NCBI GenBank assembly: GCA_942493075.1
Contig: OW818681.1
Span: forward strand, 5,379,509 to 5,443,508
From: an uncultured Verrucomicrobiota bacterium
GTDB lineage: Bacteria > Verrucomicrobiota > Verrucomicrobiia > Limisphaerales > UBA8199
Reading direction: 5' to 3'
DNA length: 64,000 nt
The notes beneath the pieces were generated by a model, which was given only the letters and a program-made list of their open reading frames with translations, was not told the origin of the DNA and did not search any database. The stretch's first letter is position 1. Every line of letters begins with the position of its first letter. Shown one piece after another: positions 17,991 to 27,074 of this stretch. The position numbers and the translations under genes were made by a program.

Positions 17991-20579
17991 ATGAACAGAC
18001 CCTCTTTGATGAAGCTGTTTAACTGCGTCGCAGCACTGGGCTTTCTCGCATGCCTCCCGGTTCGAGCCGCCACCAACTTGCCTTCATACTACGCGCATCC
18101 CGCGGCCTTGGACGAACACGGGGTCATTGCGCCGTGGTATCAGGGATTAAACGGTCAACTCGATGAGAGGGTGAGCATCGCGGTGAATGTCTATAAACGC
18201 TATCCGTGGGTGGATCAGCCCAAGGCGGTCATGGCTGCTCCGGATTTTGTTTACAACTCCCATTGGAGCATCAAGCCGGATGGCACGATCCTGATACCTC
18301 CCACCACGGATTGGATGTGTGGCGATCTGGGTGCGCGCGCCTGGAGCATCGTTAAAGGCCTCACTGCCTATTATCAGTACAGCGGCGATCCTATCGCCTT
18401 CCTGTACATTCCATTGGCTGTCGATTATATACTGGATTACGGACTCACACCTGATAACGCGGAATGGCCATTATTCCCGATCAGCACCCCTACCCTGGGG
18501 AAAGCTTATGGCAAGTGCGATCCCAAGGGCCGCATCCAACTGGATCTCTGCGCCATCGTCGGCACCGAGGTCCTCCGCGCTCACAAGCTCACCGGCAATC
18601 CGCGTTACCTGCAAATGGCAAAACACTGGGGAGACGTTTTTGCCGCTAAATGCCAGTTTACCGATCCCACGGTGTCTCCCTGGAATCGGTATGTGGACCC
18701 ATCGGTGGTGGGTTGGTCGGATGTCCTCACCGGCAGTTCCTCCATTATTGTGGATTTTCTGGATGACCTCCTGGCTATTGGCTATGACGGGAAGGGTGGA
18801 GCGATCCGCAAAGCACGTGATGCCGGACGCAAGTTTCTGAACGAGCAGATGCTCCCCGCCTGGTGGGTCAATGATACCTGGGGCCGGACTTACTGGGATT
18901 GGGATAACTCCATGATCTGCGGGATGGCGTCCATGTGCGCCGATCATTTAATGAAACACCCCGGCGTTTATACCAACTGGAAGAATGACCTTCGAAATGT
19001 TTTATCGCTGGTGTGGCATCGCAACGGTGCCGACCCGGCGTCCCATGGAGATGTGTATGCCGGTGCGTGGACATTCCCCGAGTCGTCTGTCTGCTGCGGC
19101 ACCTCACTTTCCTACAATCAGTATACTGCCGGACCTACCTTGATCCGTTACGGGGTGCTGGCGAACAGTGGATGGGCGCGCGAGGTCGGACGCCGAATGA
19201 TGCTCATGGCCACTTACGACAGCCTTCCAAACGGCGTGGTAAAGGACGGGATCTTTGGCCAATCGGTTGCGACTGGCGAATGGTCGAACCTGGCTCATCC
19301 ATGGCCGCTTTGCCAGGTGCTCGAAGCTATCGCATGGATGCCGAAAGAGTTCGCGCCTTCCCGAGAGAACCACATCGTCCGTTCCACCACAGTTATCAAT
19401 GAAGTCCTTTATCGCCCGGGGCGGATCGCCTATTCAACGTTCGATCAGCCAAAGAATACGCACGAAGTGCTACGCCTCGCGTTTGAGCCCAGCCGAATCG
19501 AAGCCGACGGACGCCGCCTCAAACAGCGCAGCGATCTGAATGCAAATGGGTATACTGTCGAGAAGCTCGCGAACGGAGATGTGATCTGTTCCATCCGCCA
19601 TGATGGCCGAAAGCGTTTGTTGATTGAAGGTCCAGACCCGCAGAAAGCAATCGACGACACTGCGTTTGCTTCTTCCGGAAATTGGACGACCAGGACGGAC
19701 GCCGCTGCTCACGACCGGTCTTCCCGGACCGCCAGCGAAGCTGACGCCAGCATGATCTGCAAGTTCGACGGGAACCAAGTGCGTTTGATCGGTTCAGTAG
19801 GGCCGACAGGCGGCTGGGCCGAAGCATTCATTGACGGTCAGAAAGAGCCCACACTGATTGAGTGCTGGAATCCAACACGACGAGTTCAACAGCCAATATT
19901 CCAGAAGAAGGGTCTCACCACCGGAGAACATGAACTCAAGATTGTTGCCCTGGGAAAGAAAAACCCGCTGGCCCATGGGACCGAAGTCAACATTGATGCG
20001 ATCCATTTCTCGGCGGCAACCGGCCAGACTGGATTCGATTCCGAGGGAGGTCAAAGCGACGCCCAGCGCCTTATCTTCGGATATGCAGGACGAAATGATC
20101 ATATCGATTCACAAGGCCATTCGTGGAGGCCTGCCACCGAGTGGATGGTCCGACTCGGGTTTGGAGTTGATACAGTGACGCGTTGCTGGTGGCGAAATCG
20201 GCGCAGCATGTACATTGGCGGCACCAAGGACGAGGAGATCTATCGCTACGGCGTGCATGCGCCTGAGTTCTGGGTGAACCTGACGGTCGCCCCGGGCACG
20301 TACACTGTGCGTCTGCATTGGGCGGATACGCCCGAGACCCCTTGGGTTGAACGTGAAGGCAAATGGGACCCCGTCTCGCGCCCGACTTCAGTCGCCATCA
20401 ACGGCGAGAGCGTCATTCAGAATCTCAATGTACGGGAAGCAGTTGGCACGTTCCGCGCGTATGTGCGCGAGTTCACCGGGATCAAGCCGCAGAATGGGAT
20501 TATCGAGGTTCGCTGCACATCCACTCCTGGCCACGATGCCATGCTCCAGGCGCTTGAGCTTTTGCCGGAACGGAAGTAA
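17991..20579 (+). CDS. secreted protein: putative (alpha/alpha)-toroid carbohydrate-active domain + beta-sandwich CBM-like domain + C-terminal malectin-like domain
   Basis: Start moved to ATG 17991, giving the signal peptide 'MNRPSLMKLFNCVAALGFLACLPVRAA'. The C-terminal 'IYRYGVHAPEFWVNLTVAPGTYTVRLHWAD...VAINGESVIQNLNVREAVGTFRAYVREF...GIIEVRCT...AMLQALELL' follows the malectin pattern. The catalytic assignment is uncertain. Confidence 0.75.
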   Translation: MNRPSLMKLFNCVAALGFLACLPVRAATNLPSYYAHPAALDEHGVIAPWYQGLNGQLDERVSIAVNVYKRYPWVDQPKAVMAAPDFVYNSHWSIKPDGTILIPPTTDWMCGDLGARAWSIVKGLTAYYQYSGDPIAFLYIPLAVDYILDYGLTPDNAEWPLFPISTPTLGKAYGKCDPKGRIQLDLCAIVGTEVLRAHKLTGNPRYLQMAKHWGDVFAAKCQFTDPTVSPWNRYVDPSVVGWSDVLTGSSSIIVDFLDDLLAIGYDGKGGAIRKARDAGRKFLNEQMLPAWWVNDTWGRTYWDWDNSMICGMASMCADHLMKHPGVYTNWKNDLRNVLSLVWHRNGADPASHGDVYAGAWTFPESSVCCGTSLSYNQYTAGPTLIRYGVLANSGWAREVGRRMMLMATYDSLPNGVVKDGIFGQSVATGEWSNLAHPWPLCQVLEAIAWMPKEFAPSRENHIVRSTTVINEVLYRPGRIAYSTFDQPKNTHEVLRLAFEPSRIEADGRRLKQRSDLNANGYTVEKLANGDVICSIRHDGRKRLLIEGPDPQKAIDDTAFASSGNWTTRTDAAAHDRSSRTASEADASMICKFDGNQVRLIGSVGPTGGWAEAFIDGQKEPTLIECWNPTRRVQQPIFQKKGLTTGEHELKIVALGKKNPLAHGTEVNIDAIHFSAATGQTGFDSEGGQSDAQRLIFGYAGRNDHIDSQGHSWRPATEWMVRLGFGVDTVTRCWWRNRRSMYIGGTKDEEIYRYGVHAPEFWVNLTVAPGTYTVRLHWADTPETPWVEREGKWDPVSRPTSVAINGESVIQNLNVREAVGTFRAYVREFTGIKPQNGIIEVRCTSTPGHDAMLQALELLPERK

Positions 20580-20740
20580 TGGCGGCATCACCGCCGCGTT
20601 GAAGGCCCAATCTCCGCGCCGGGCGGGTCCGTGTAACATAATCCAGCAACCGCAACGAGCACGTGCCCTGTGATTCCGGACGGCCCCAAGGTGCCCGCCG
20701 CGTCGGGAGACGCGGCTCCAAGCCGAAGGCTTGGCAGAGA

Positions 20741-20822
20741 GTAGCCGGAGCGTCGTAGCGTAGCGGAGACCTCCGGTTTACAGGAGCCCGATTCAGCACC
20801 CCGGAGACGGGGTGCCAGAACC
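20741..20822. repeat. REP-like module L (hairpin CCGGAG...CTCCGG plus hairpin GCACCCCG-GAGA-CGGGGTGC at 20796..20815)
   Basis: Read directly from the sequence. The second hairpin ends 16 nt from the transposase stop codon. Confidence 0.75.
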
Positions 20823-20830
20823 ATGGGTGT

Positions 20831-21274
20831 TCATTCCAAATACTCCGGGTCGTAAGAAACACCATTCTTCTCAAGCAATCTCTTCAGCTCTTCGGTAAAA
20901 GGAGTTTGAGCGTGGTGCTGCTCCTGTGCTTGGATGTAGTGACTTACAGATTCTGCATGCGTCCAACTCACGGAAAAGATCGAGTATCCCTCCTGCCACG
21001 CAAAATCTCGTTCGTGGTTCTCCGCCGCCCAGAATGAGGTCGCTTTCTTTATTTCGCGCACGATGTCCGCTGGAGCACCCGTGGTCTTAAGGATTGCCAA
21101 CAGATGCACGTGGTCTTCGACCCCGCCTACCATTTCAGCCACACCACCCAATCCTCGAACGGTGCCTCCCAGGTACTCATGGAGTTGCTGTCGCCAACTC
21201 GTCCGGATAAACCGTTTCCGAAGCTTTGTGCTAAAGACAATATGATATCGAAGACTGTAGAAGGTGGATCCCAT
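20831..21274 (-). CDS. REP-associated tyrosine transposase / IS200-IS605-family Y1 transposase (HUH nuclease)
   Basis: Start moved to ATG 21274 ('MGSTFYSLRYHIVFSTK...'). The HUH motif is 'EDHVHLL'. The catalytic Tyr region is 'SHYIQAQEQHH' (the YxxxQxxHH pattern of Y1_Tnp). The protein is 147 aa. Confidence 0.85.
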   Translation of the reverse strand: MGSTFYSLRYHIVFSTKLRKRFIRTSWRQQLHEYLGGTVRGLGGVAEMVGGVEDHVHLLAILKTTGAPADIVREIKKATSFWAAENHERDFAWQEGYSIFSVSWTHAESVSHYIQAQEQHHAQTPFTEELKRLLEKNGVSYDPEYLE

Positions 21275-21282
21275 GATCGAAT

Positions 21283-21364
21283 GTTCTAGCACCCCGATTC
21301 CGGGGTGCAATTCCAATCTGCGACTTGACCGGAGGTCTCCACTTCGTTGCGACCTCCGGCTACG
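21283..21364. repeat. REP-like module R (hairpin GCACCCCG-ATTC-CGGGGTGC at 21289..21308 plus hairpin CCGGAGGTC-N13-GACCTCCGG)
   Basis: Read directly from the sequence. The first hairpin begins 15 nt from the transposase start codon. Confidence 0.75.
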
Positions 21365-21748
21365 CTCTGGCAACCCTTCTGGTTGCGGCCCCATGCTTCA
21401 CTTCACCATGAGGACATCCCAACACTGCCGTTCTAGAACGTAGCGTCAGGAGACGCGGCCTACAGAACGGAGTGCCTTCCCCATTAGATTGGTGCGGTCA
21501 AACCCGCACACACCGAAGAACCAGGGCTTGCTTTGTGTGTGACTTTTAGCTGGGGAGAGCCTTAAGGGGCATCATCGAAGCGCTTGCGGTGTTCAAAATG
21601 GCGGCCTCGGCGAAGCCGCCCTACCCGCCGCGTCGGTATCATTTTTCACTATCTGCGTGCATCTGTGAAATCGGTGGATGATTTCCTTTCGGCTTTTTTA
21701 GCATACTTGACATTTTGATGCTGAAATTGAGAATACGACCCTGTTGTG

Positions 21749-24700
21749 ATGTATATTCAAAGGTTCGCTAAGCACATTCTCCTACTTTTGGCATTGGTTT
21801 CGCCCGGCATGCTGGCTCAGGCAGACTTCGTCATTGGCACTCTAGATCCCACCTTCGATCCGGCTCCCGACGGTGCCGTGACCTCCATTGCCCCACAAAT
21901 CGACGGGAAGATTGTCGTTGGAGGGCGATTCCTGGCCCTGGGAGTGGTGCCGCGCGATTATATCGGGCGTCTCAATGCGAATGGGAGCGTCGATGCAGGA
22001 TTTAATCCAGGCGCGAATAGTGAGATATTGGCTATCGCAATACAGACGAACGGAGGAATCCTCGTGGGAGGTAGGTTCACAATTCTTGAAGGGAGTCTCC
22101 GTTACTACTTGGCACGCATTAAGCCTGATGGACATGTTGATTTCAAATTCAACCCCGGCAACGCAGTCGACTACATCTTCCCTTCCCCTGGCGCGGACGC
22201 TCCTGTGCGTTGTCTGGCTCTGCAAGCAGATGGACGAATCCTGGTCGGAGGCGAGTTCACCAGGATGGGCCCGCATACGCGCAACCATATTGCACGGCTC
22301 AATACCGATGGAAGTGTGGATACCACGTTCAACCCCGGCGCAGATTCTGAGGTGCGCGCCATGGCATTACAGCCAGACGGCAAGATCATCGCAGGCGGGT
22401 GGTTTACTGAACTAGGGGGAGCAGTGCGTGCGGGTGTAGGCCGCCTCAATCTGGATGGAACCCTGGATACGACTTTTGTGCCTGCTGGTGTCGAGTCTGC
22501 GACAAGACTTGCTCTGCAGGCAGATGGCAGAATCGTTGTCGTCGGGGATTGGACAGGATTGCCGCAAAAGAAGATTGGCCGGCTGAATGCGGACGGCAGC
22601 CTGGATGAAACTTTCAACGTGGACACCGACGAAGATGTTGCCTCCATGGAAATTCAGGCTGATGGCAAGATCCTGGTAGCAGGGCTGTTTACACAGATCG
22701 GCGGACAATCGCGCAAAGGAATCGCACGTCTTAATCCGGACGGCACCATCGATAACACATTTACTCCGACAGCGAATGACACCGTTATATCCTTGGCATT
22801 GGAGCAGGATGGAGATCTCCTGGTTGGTGGTTTGTTCACCGAATTGGCCGGGCAGCCGTGCACGAATATCGGGTTGATCACCAACATTGGGCCGGTGGCT
22901 CAGACTCTCACGTTCAATGCCTCAAAGATTACCTGGCTGCGAGGGGGCAACTCACCGGAGGTGTATCGGACCACGTTTGAGTTTTCCACGAATAGAGGCA
23001 TTTCCTGGACCCAGTTGTCTGAAGGCACTCGGATTGATGGTGGCTGGGAACTTTCGAGTCCCAACCTGCCTGTAACCTCAACGCTCCGCGCTCGTGGTTA
23101 CGTAGGTGGGGCTCACGCAAATTGGTTCTTCGAGTCTCTTGGTGGCCAGCCGGCAATTTGGCGGCAACCGGTCAGCCGAGATGAACTCGTAGGCGCTACG
23201 ACGCTTTTTGAAGTCGGGGTATGGACGGGCGGCCTTACGGGGACCAGTTATCAGTGGCTCAAAAACGGAACCAATCTAATGAATGGAGACGGTATCAGCG
23301 GAGCACAAACGACCTCGCTGACAGTAACCAATCTCACCAAGGAGGATCATGGCAGTTACGCCTTCGTGCTCAACTATAACCTGGGGAGTGTCACCAGTGT
23401 GGTAGCCCGGTTGAATGTTTCAGCTCCTGCAAGGTTTGATGCGAGCTTCCATCTTGAAACCGACTCGGTAGGGGACATTCAATGCCTCGTCCCACAAGCA
23501 GACGGCAAACTCCTCGTCGGAGCCTGGTTCAGCCAGTTATCCGGGCAGCCGCGGAGTTGCATCGGACGTCTCAATGCCGATGGCAGCGTGGATGCCTCTT
23601 TCGATCCGAACATAGACGACCGGGTTTGCTCGATCGCAGTTCAGGCGGATGGGCGCGTTCTCGTTGGAGGAAGTTTTCTGAAGGTTAATGGTGAGATTCA
23701 TCGTTATATGGTGCGGCTCAATCCTGACGGAACGGTGGACAATACGTTTTCTGCGAAACCCGACTACGACGTTCGCGGTATTGTGGTGCAGTCCGATGGT
23801 AAGATCCTTATCACAGGCGATTTCAACCAATTGGATGGACACCCCAGTGAACATATCGGGCGACTGAACGCCGATGGTAGCATTGATAGCACTTTCAACT
23901 CTGGTGTGGACAATGAGGTCTATTGTGTAGCCTTGCAGGCAGACGGCAAGATTCTGGTCGGCGGAGATTTTGAGGAGCTGAGCGGGCAGCCATGTGAATC
24001 TTTTGGACGGCTCAATGTCGATGGCAGCCTCGATACTGCTTTTCTCTCAACAGTGGACGGCCGTGTCTGGACAATCGCTGTTCAGCCGGATCAAAAAATA
24101 CTGCTTGCAGGCGATTTCACTGAACTAAATGGGACACTACGGTTCAACACTGGCCGTCTGAACGCGGGTGGAAGTGTGGATGACACATTTGATGCCAGTG
24201 CCTATGAGGAGGTGCTTTCCATGGCGGTACAGGCTGACGGGAGGATTCTACTCGGCGGGTCATTCGACACATTGAACTACCAGTCCCGGCAGCGTCTTGG
24301 ACGGCTTTACGCTGACGGAACTCTGGACGCCACTTTCAACCTGGAAGCCGATGATGAGGTGAACTCCATTGTGATTCAGCCGGACGGGAAGATACTGTTA
24401 ACGGGCGAATTTAATGAACTCGGCGGAAAGCCTTGCAACGGTTTCGGACGGCTAAACAATACGGACCCAGCTACAGAGGAACTCACCTTTGATGGTTCCA
24501 GAATTACCTGGGTGCGCGGTGGAACCAGCCCGGGGGTATATCGCACGACGTTTGATGTCTCGACGGATGGGGGTGTCCAATGGACCGCTTTAGGCAACGG
24601 GGCATGGACCGGAGAGGCGTGGGAACTTTCGGGACTCACCTTGCCAGCCAACTCAACCATCCGGGCAAGCGGCCATTCAATTATGGGCAGCTCTAGTTTT

Positions 24701-26509
24701 GTCTGTGAGTCTTACTTTGGAAAGCTGGCGATTTCCGTCCAACCGTTCAACCGAATCAGCAGCGCGTCCACAACAACCTCCTTTTCCGTGCACGCATGGG
24801 GCGGAGGTGAAGCTTGCCATTACCAGTGGCACCGGGACGGCACGAACCTGGTGGATGGAGGTAACATTAGCGGAGCACAGACTTCCACTCTTTTCCTGAA
24901 TAACGTGCTCAAGCCGGACGAAGGCAACTATACGGTTGTGATCAGCAACTCGTCAGGAAGTGTTACGAGTGTCGTTGCCATGCTGACCGTTGCAGATCCT
25001 GCGATCTTGTCACAACCAACAGTCCTGGTGAGAGAACTGGGCACATCAGCAACACTCTCCATTACGGCGGGTGGAACCGCGCCGCTCAGCTATCAGTGGT
25101 GGAAGGACGGAGCAGCGTTGAACGGTCACACAAGCAGCGCCCTCGCCCTGAACAGTCTGAGCGCGACCGATGCCGGGTATTATTCCGTTGTGATTTCCAA
25201 TATCTGGGGCCACATGAACAGCGTTACTGTTCCCCTGACCGTGAATACTGCAACCGTGGATCCCAGCTTCATCGCAGGAACGGATGGGTATGTCACTTGC
25301 ATCGCGTTGCAATCTGACGGAAAAGCGTTGATTGGCGGGCATTTTAGCCAACTCGGCGGGCAACCACGAAATCATATTGGTCGTCTCAACGCAGACGGCA
25401 CAGTGGACTCGGCCTTTAATCCAGGGGCGGATGGCACAATTTGTGCCCTCACTGTGCAACCGGACGGCAAAATCCTGACTGGCGGATATTTCAGCATTTT
25501 AGGCGGACAACCACGCAAGTATATTGCACGGCTTAACCCGGACGGCACTTTGGATGCAAACTTCAAGCCGACCCTAGACCTTTACGCTTTTTCCATAGCA
25601 ATGCAGAAGGACGGAAAAATTCTGGTTGGTGGCGCGGCGATTGAGATACCTCTCAACCATTTAGTGCGACTTAACGCAGACGGTACAGTAGACACGACCT
25701 TCAACCCTGGAGCGGATCATGTTGTGTACTCTCTGGCAATTCAAGCCGACGAGAAAATCGTGGTCGGAGGTGCTTTCGAATCCTTAGGCGGGGAGAGCCG
25801 CAGTCGGATTGGGCGTCTCAATCCTGATGGGAGTTTGGATACCAGCTTCAATCCGGGAACTGACAACACGGTATCTTCATTAGCCGTACAGAGCGATGGC
25901 AAAATTCTGGTGGGTGGCTTGTTCACGACCGTAGCAGGACAGTATCGTGATCACCTCGCACGTCTCAACTCCGATGGGAGCCTGGATACCAGTTTCACTT
26001 CAGAAGCGGACTATTTCGTAAATACTCTGGCAGTCCAAGCTAATGGGAAGATCCTCGTTGGAGGCCCTTTTGGGACTGTCGCAGGACAGACACGCAACCG
26101 CATCGCGCGGCTTAATCGCGATGGCAGGCTGGATACCAGCTTTAATCCGGGAACCGGAGGAATATACCCAAACGTGAATTGCCTCGCTGTCAGAAATGAC
26201 GGGGGCATCTTTGTGGGCGGGAGCTTTGAAACATTAGGCGGGCAGCCTCGTAATTCTCTCGGTCTGCTAAAGGGTGATGCTCCAGCACGGCCTCACATTG
26301 TCTCGGATGGCTCTACGCAAGTTTCAACGGACGGTTTCAAATTCAACTTCTCAGGCATCGCCGGTTCATCAATCGTCATTGAGAGCTCCACCGACCTAAT
26401 GAATTGGGAGGCAATACAAACGAACGTCATAACAGGCGGAGCGGGTTCCTTCACAGACTCCGCAGCAGCGAATTCACCGGGACGCTATTACCGACTTCGA
26501 ATGAAATAA
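21749..26509 (+). CDS. giant secreted delta-60 repeat (DUF5122-type beta-propeller) protein with Ig-like I-set domains
   Basis: Signal peptide 'MYIQRFAKHILLLLALVSPGMLAQA'. About 18-20 copies of the ~50-aa unit 'DGKILVGGxFtxlgGqxRnxIaRLNaDGSlDtsFnpg' fall in three blocks, separated by Ig modules ('YQWxKxGxxL...DxGxYxxVxSNxxGSVTSxxAxLxV'). The C-terminal module is 'SSIVIESSTDLMNWEAI...GRYYRLRMK'. Confidence 0.9.
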   Translation: MYIQRFAKHILLLLALVSPGMLAQADFVIGTLDPTFDPAPDGAVTSIAPQIDGKIVVGGRFLALGVVPRDYIGRLNANGSVDAGFNPGANSEILAIAIQTNGGILVGGRFTILEGSLRYYLARIKPDGHVDFKFNPGNAVDYIFPSPGADAPVRCLALQADGRILVGGEFTRMGPHTRNHIARLNTDGSVDTTFNPGADSEVRAMALQPDGKIIAGGWFTELGGAVRAGVGRLNLDGTLDTTFVPAGVESATRLALQADGRIVVVGDWTGLPQKKIGRLNADGSLDETFNVDTDEDVASMEIQADGKILVAGLFTQIGGQSRKGIARLNPDGTIDNTFTPTANDTVISLALEQDGDLLVGGLFTELAGQPCTNIGLITNIGPVAQTLTFNASKITWLRGGNSPEVYRTTFEFSTNRGISWTQLSEGTRIDGGWELSSPNLPVTSTLRARGYVGGAHANWFFESLGGQPAIWRQPVSRDELVGATTLFEVGVWTGGLTGTSYQWLKNGTNLMNGDGISGAQTTSLTVTNLTKEDHGSYAFVLNYNLGSVTSVVARLNVSAPARFDASFHLETDSVGDIQCLVPQADGKLLVGAWFSQLSGQPRSCIGRLNADGSVDASFDPNIDDRVCSIAVQADGRVLVGGSFLKVNGEIHRYMVRLNPDGTVDNTFSAKPDYDVRGIVVQSDGKILITGDFNQLDGHPSEHIGRLNADGSIDSTFNSGVDNEVYCVALQADGKILVGGDFEELSGQPCESFGRLNVDGSLDTAFLSTVDGRVWTIAVQPDQKILLAGDFTELNGTLRFNTGRLNAGGSVDDTFDASAYEEVLSMAVQADGRILLGGSFDTLNYQSRQRLGRLYADGTLDATFNLEADDEVNSIVIQPDGKILLTGEFNELGGKPCNGFGRLNNTDPATEELTFDGSRITWVRGGTSPGVYRTTFDVSTDGGVQWTALGNGAWTGEAWELSGLTLPANSTIRASGHSIMGSSSFVCESYFGKLAISVQPFNRISSASTTTSFSVHAWGGGEACHYQWHRDGTNLVDGGNISGAQTSTLFLNNVLKPDEGNYTVVISNSSGSVTSVVAMLTVADPAILSQPTVLVRELGTSATLSITAGGTAPLSYQWWKDGAALNGHTSSALALNSLSATDAGYYSVVISNIWGHMNSVTVPLTVNTATVDPSFIAGTDGYVTCIALQSDGKALIGGHFSQLGGQPRNHIGRLNADGTVDSAFNPGADGTICALTVQPDGKILTGGYFSILGGQPRKYIARLNPDGTLDANFKPTLDLYAFSIAMQKDGKILVGGAAIEIPLNHLVRLNADGTVDTTFNPGADHVVYSLAIQADEKIVVGGAFESLGGESRSRIGRLNPDGSLDTSFNPGTDNTVSSLAVQSDGKILVGGLFTTVAGQYRDHLARLNSDGSLDTSFTSEADYFVNTLAVQANGKILVGGPFGTVAGQTRNRIARLNRDGRLDTSFNPGTGGIYPNVNCLAVRNDGGIFVGGSFETLGGQPRNSLGLLKGDAPARPHIVSDGSTQVSTDGFKFNFSGIAGSSIVIESSTDLMNWEAIQTNVITGGAGSFTDSAAANSPGRYYRLRMK

Positions 26510-27074
26510 GGCCGCTGAGGCCTTTCAGGGTGGTTGTGGTTAAAAGCGAGACATCGCTTTGTTGAAGCCCCTGAACAGGGGCGACCGCAAATAGCCCGGC
26601 ACGGGAGTGCTGGGTATTGCGCACCATTTAGATCAATCAAGTCCCGGCGGGGACGACCGGTCCGGGCGTTTCGGCTAATCGCAGAATCATGGACGCTACG
26701 ACGTACGGATGGGAATGGCCGGGTCAACGAAGGAGGCATCCTATGTTTTATCATATTTGTGGGATTGCCATCCGGACACGCCGCGCTACGATAGGGTGAG
26801 AACACCCATTCTGAACCGGCAAGAGTGAGACGCACTCTGTCATTAGGCTGAACGAGGTGCTGGAAGCAGTGGTTGGGAGGGTGTCGGTTCATGACGAGCG
26901 GTGGACGTGCAAAACATGAAGAAATTGCCGATCAAGAAAGGACGCTTGGTGGACGTGGTCTGCGCCAGCATGTATGCAACCTCGTTTCGACCCGCCTGCA
27001 AACCGTGCGCTAAGCCGCGAATCGCCGAGATTCATCCGAACTCCCAGAAACCAGGAACTGCGCCCCTTGCGACT

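Larger units (their letters stand above)
20741..21364 (-). mobile_element. RayT/IS200-like unit: Y1 transposase gene flanked by inverted two-hairpin REP-like modules
   Basis: The left module (20741..20822) and right module (21283..21364) are reverse complements of each other in architecture: GTAGCCGGAG...GGAGACCTCCGGT - 14-16 nt - GCACCCCG-N4-CGGGGTGC - AGAAC. The AGAAC side faces the gene in both. Confidence 0.7.

Noticed and set aside
21275-21394. A 40-codon N-terminal extension of the transposase ORF (track start 21394).
   Set aside because: The extension is translated from the REP-like hairpin module (an Arg/Ser/Gly-rich string). Y1 transposases begin near 'MGSTFYSLRYHIVF', so ATG 21274 was chosen.
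21830-26280. Strong ~150-165-nt periodicity that could be mistaken for a repeat array or CRISPR.
   Set aside because: The periodicity is at the protein level (delta-60 units) inside one intact ORF. The units are divergent at the DNA level and have no unique spacers.
26510-27074. A 565-nt ORF-poor gap with small hairpins (AAGCGA-GACA-TCGCTT, GCCCCT-GAAC-AGGGGC) and track ORFs 26488..26892 and 26534..26794. It was considered as an ncRNA or a decayed gene.
   Set aside because: I could not recognise any RNA family, REP module copy or protein motif in it. The ORFs have junk-like composition. It is left unannotated rather than guessed.
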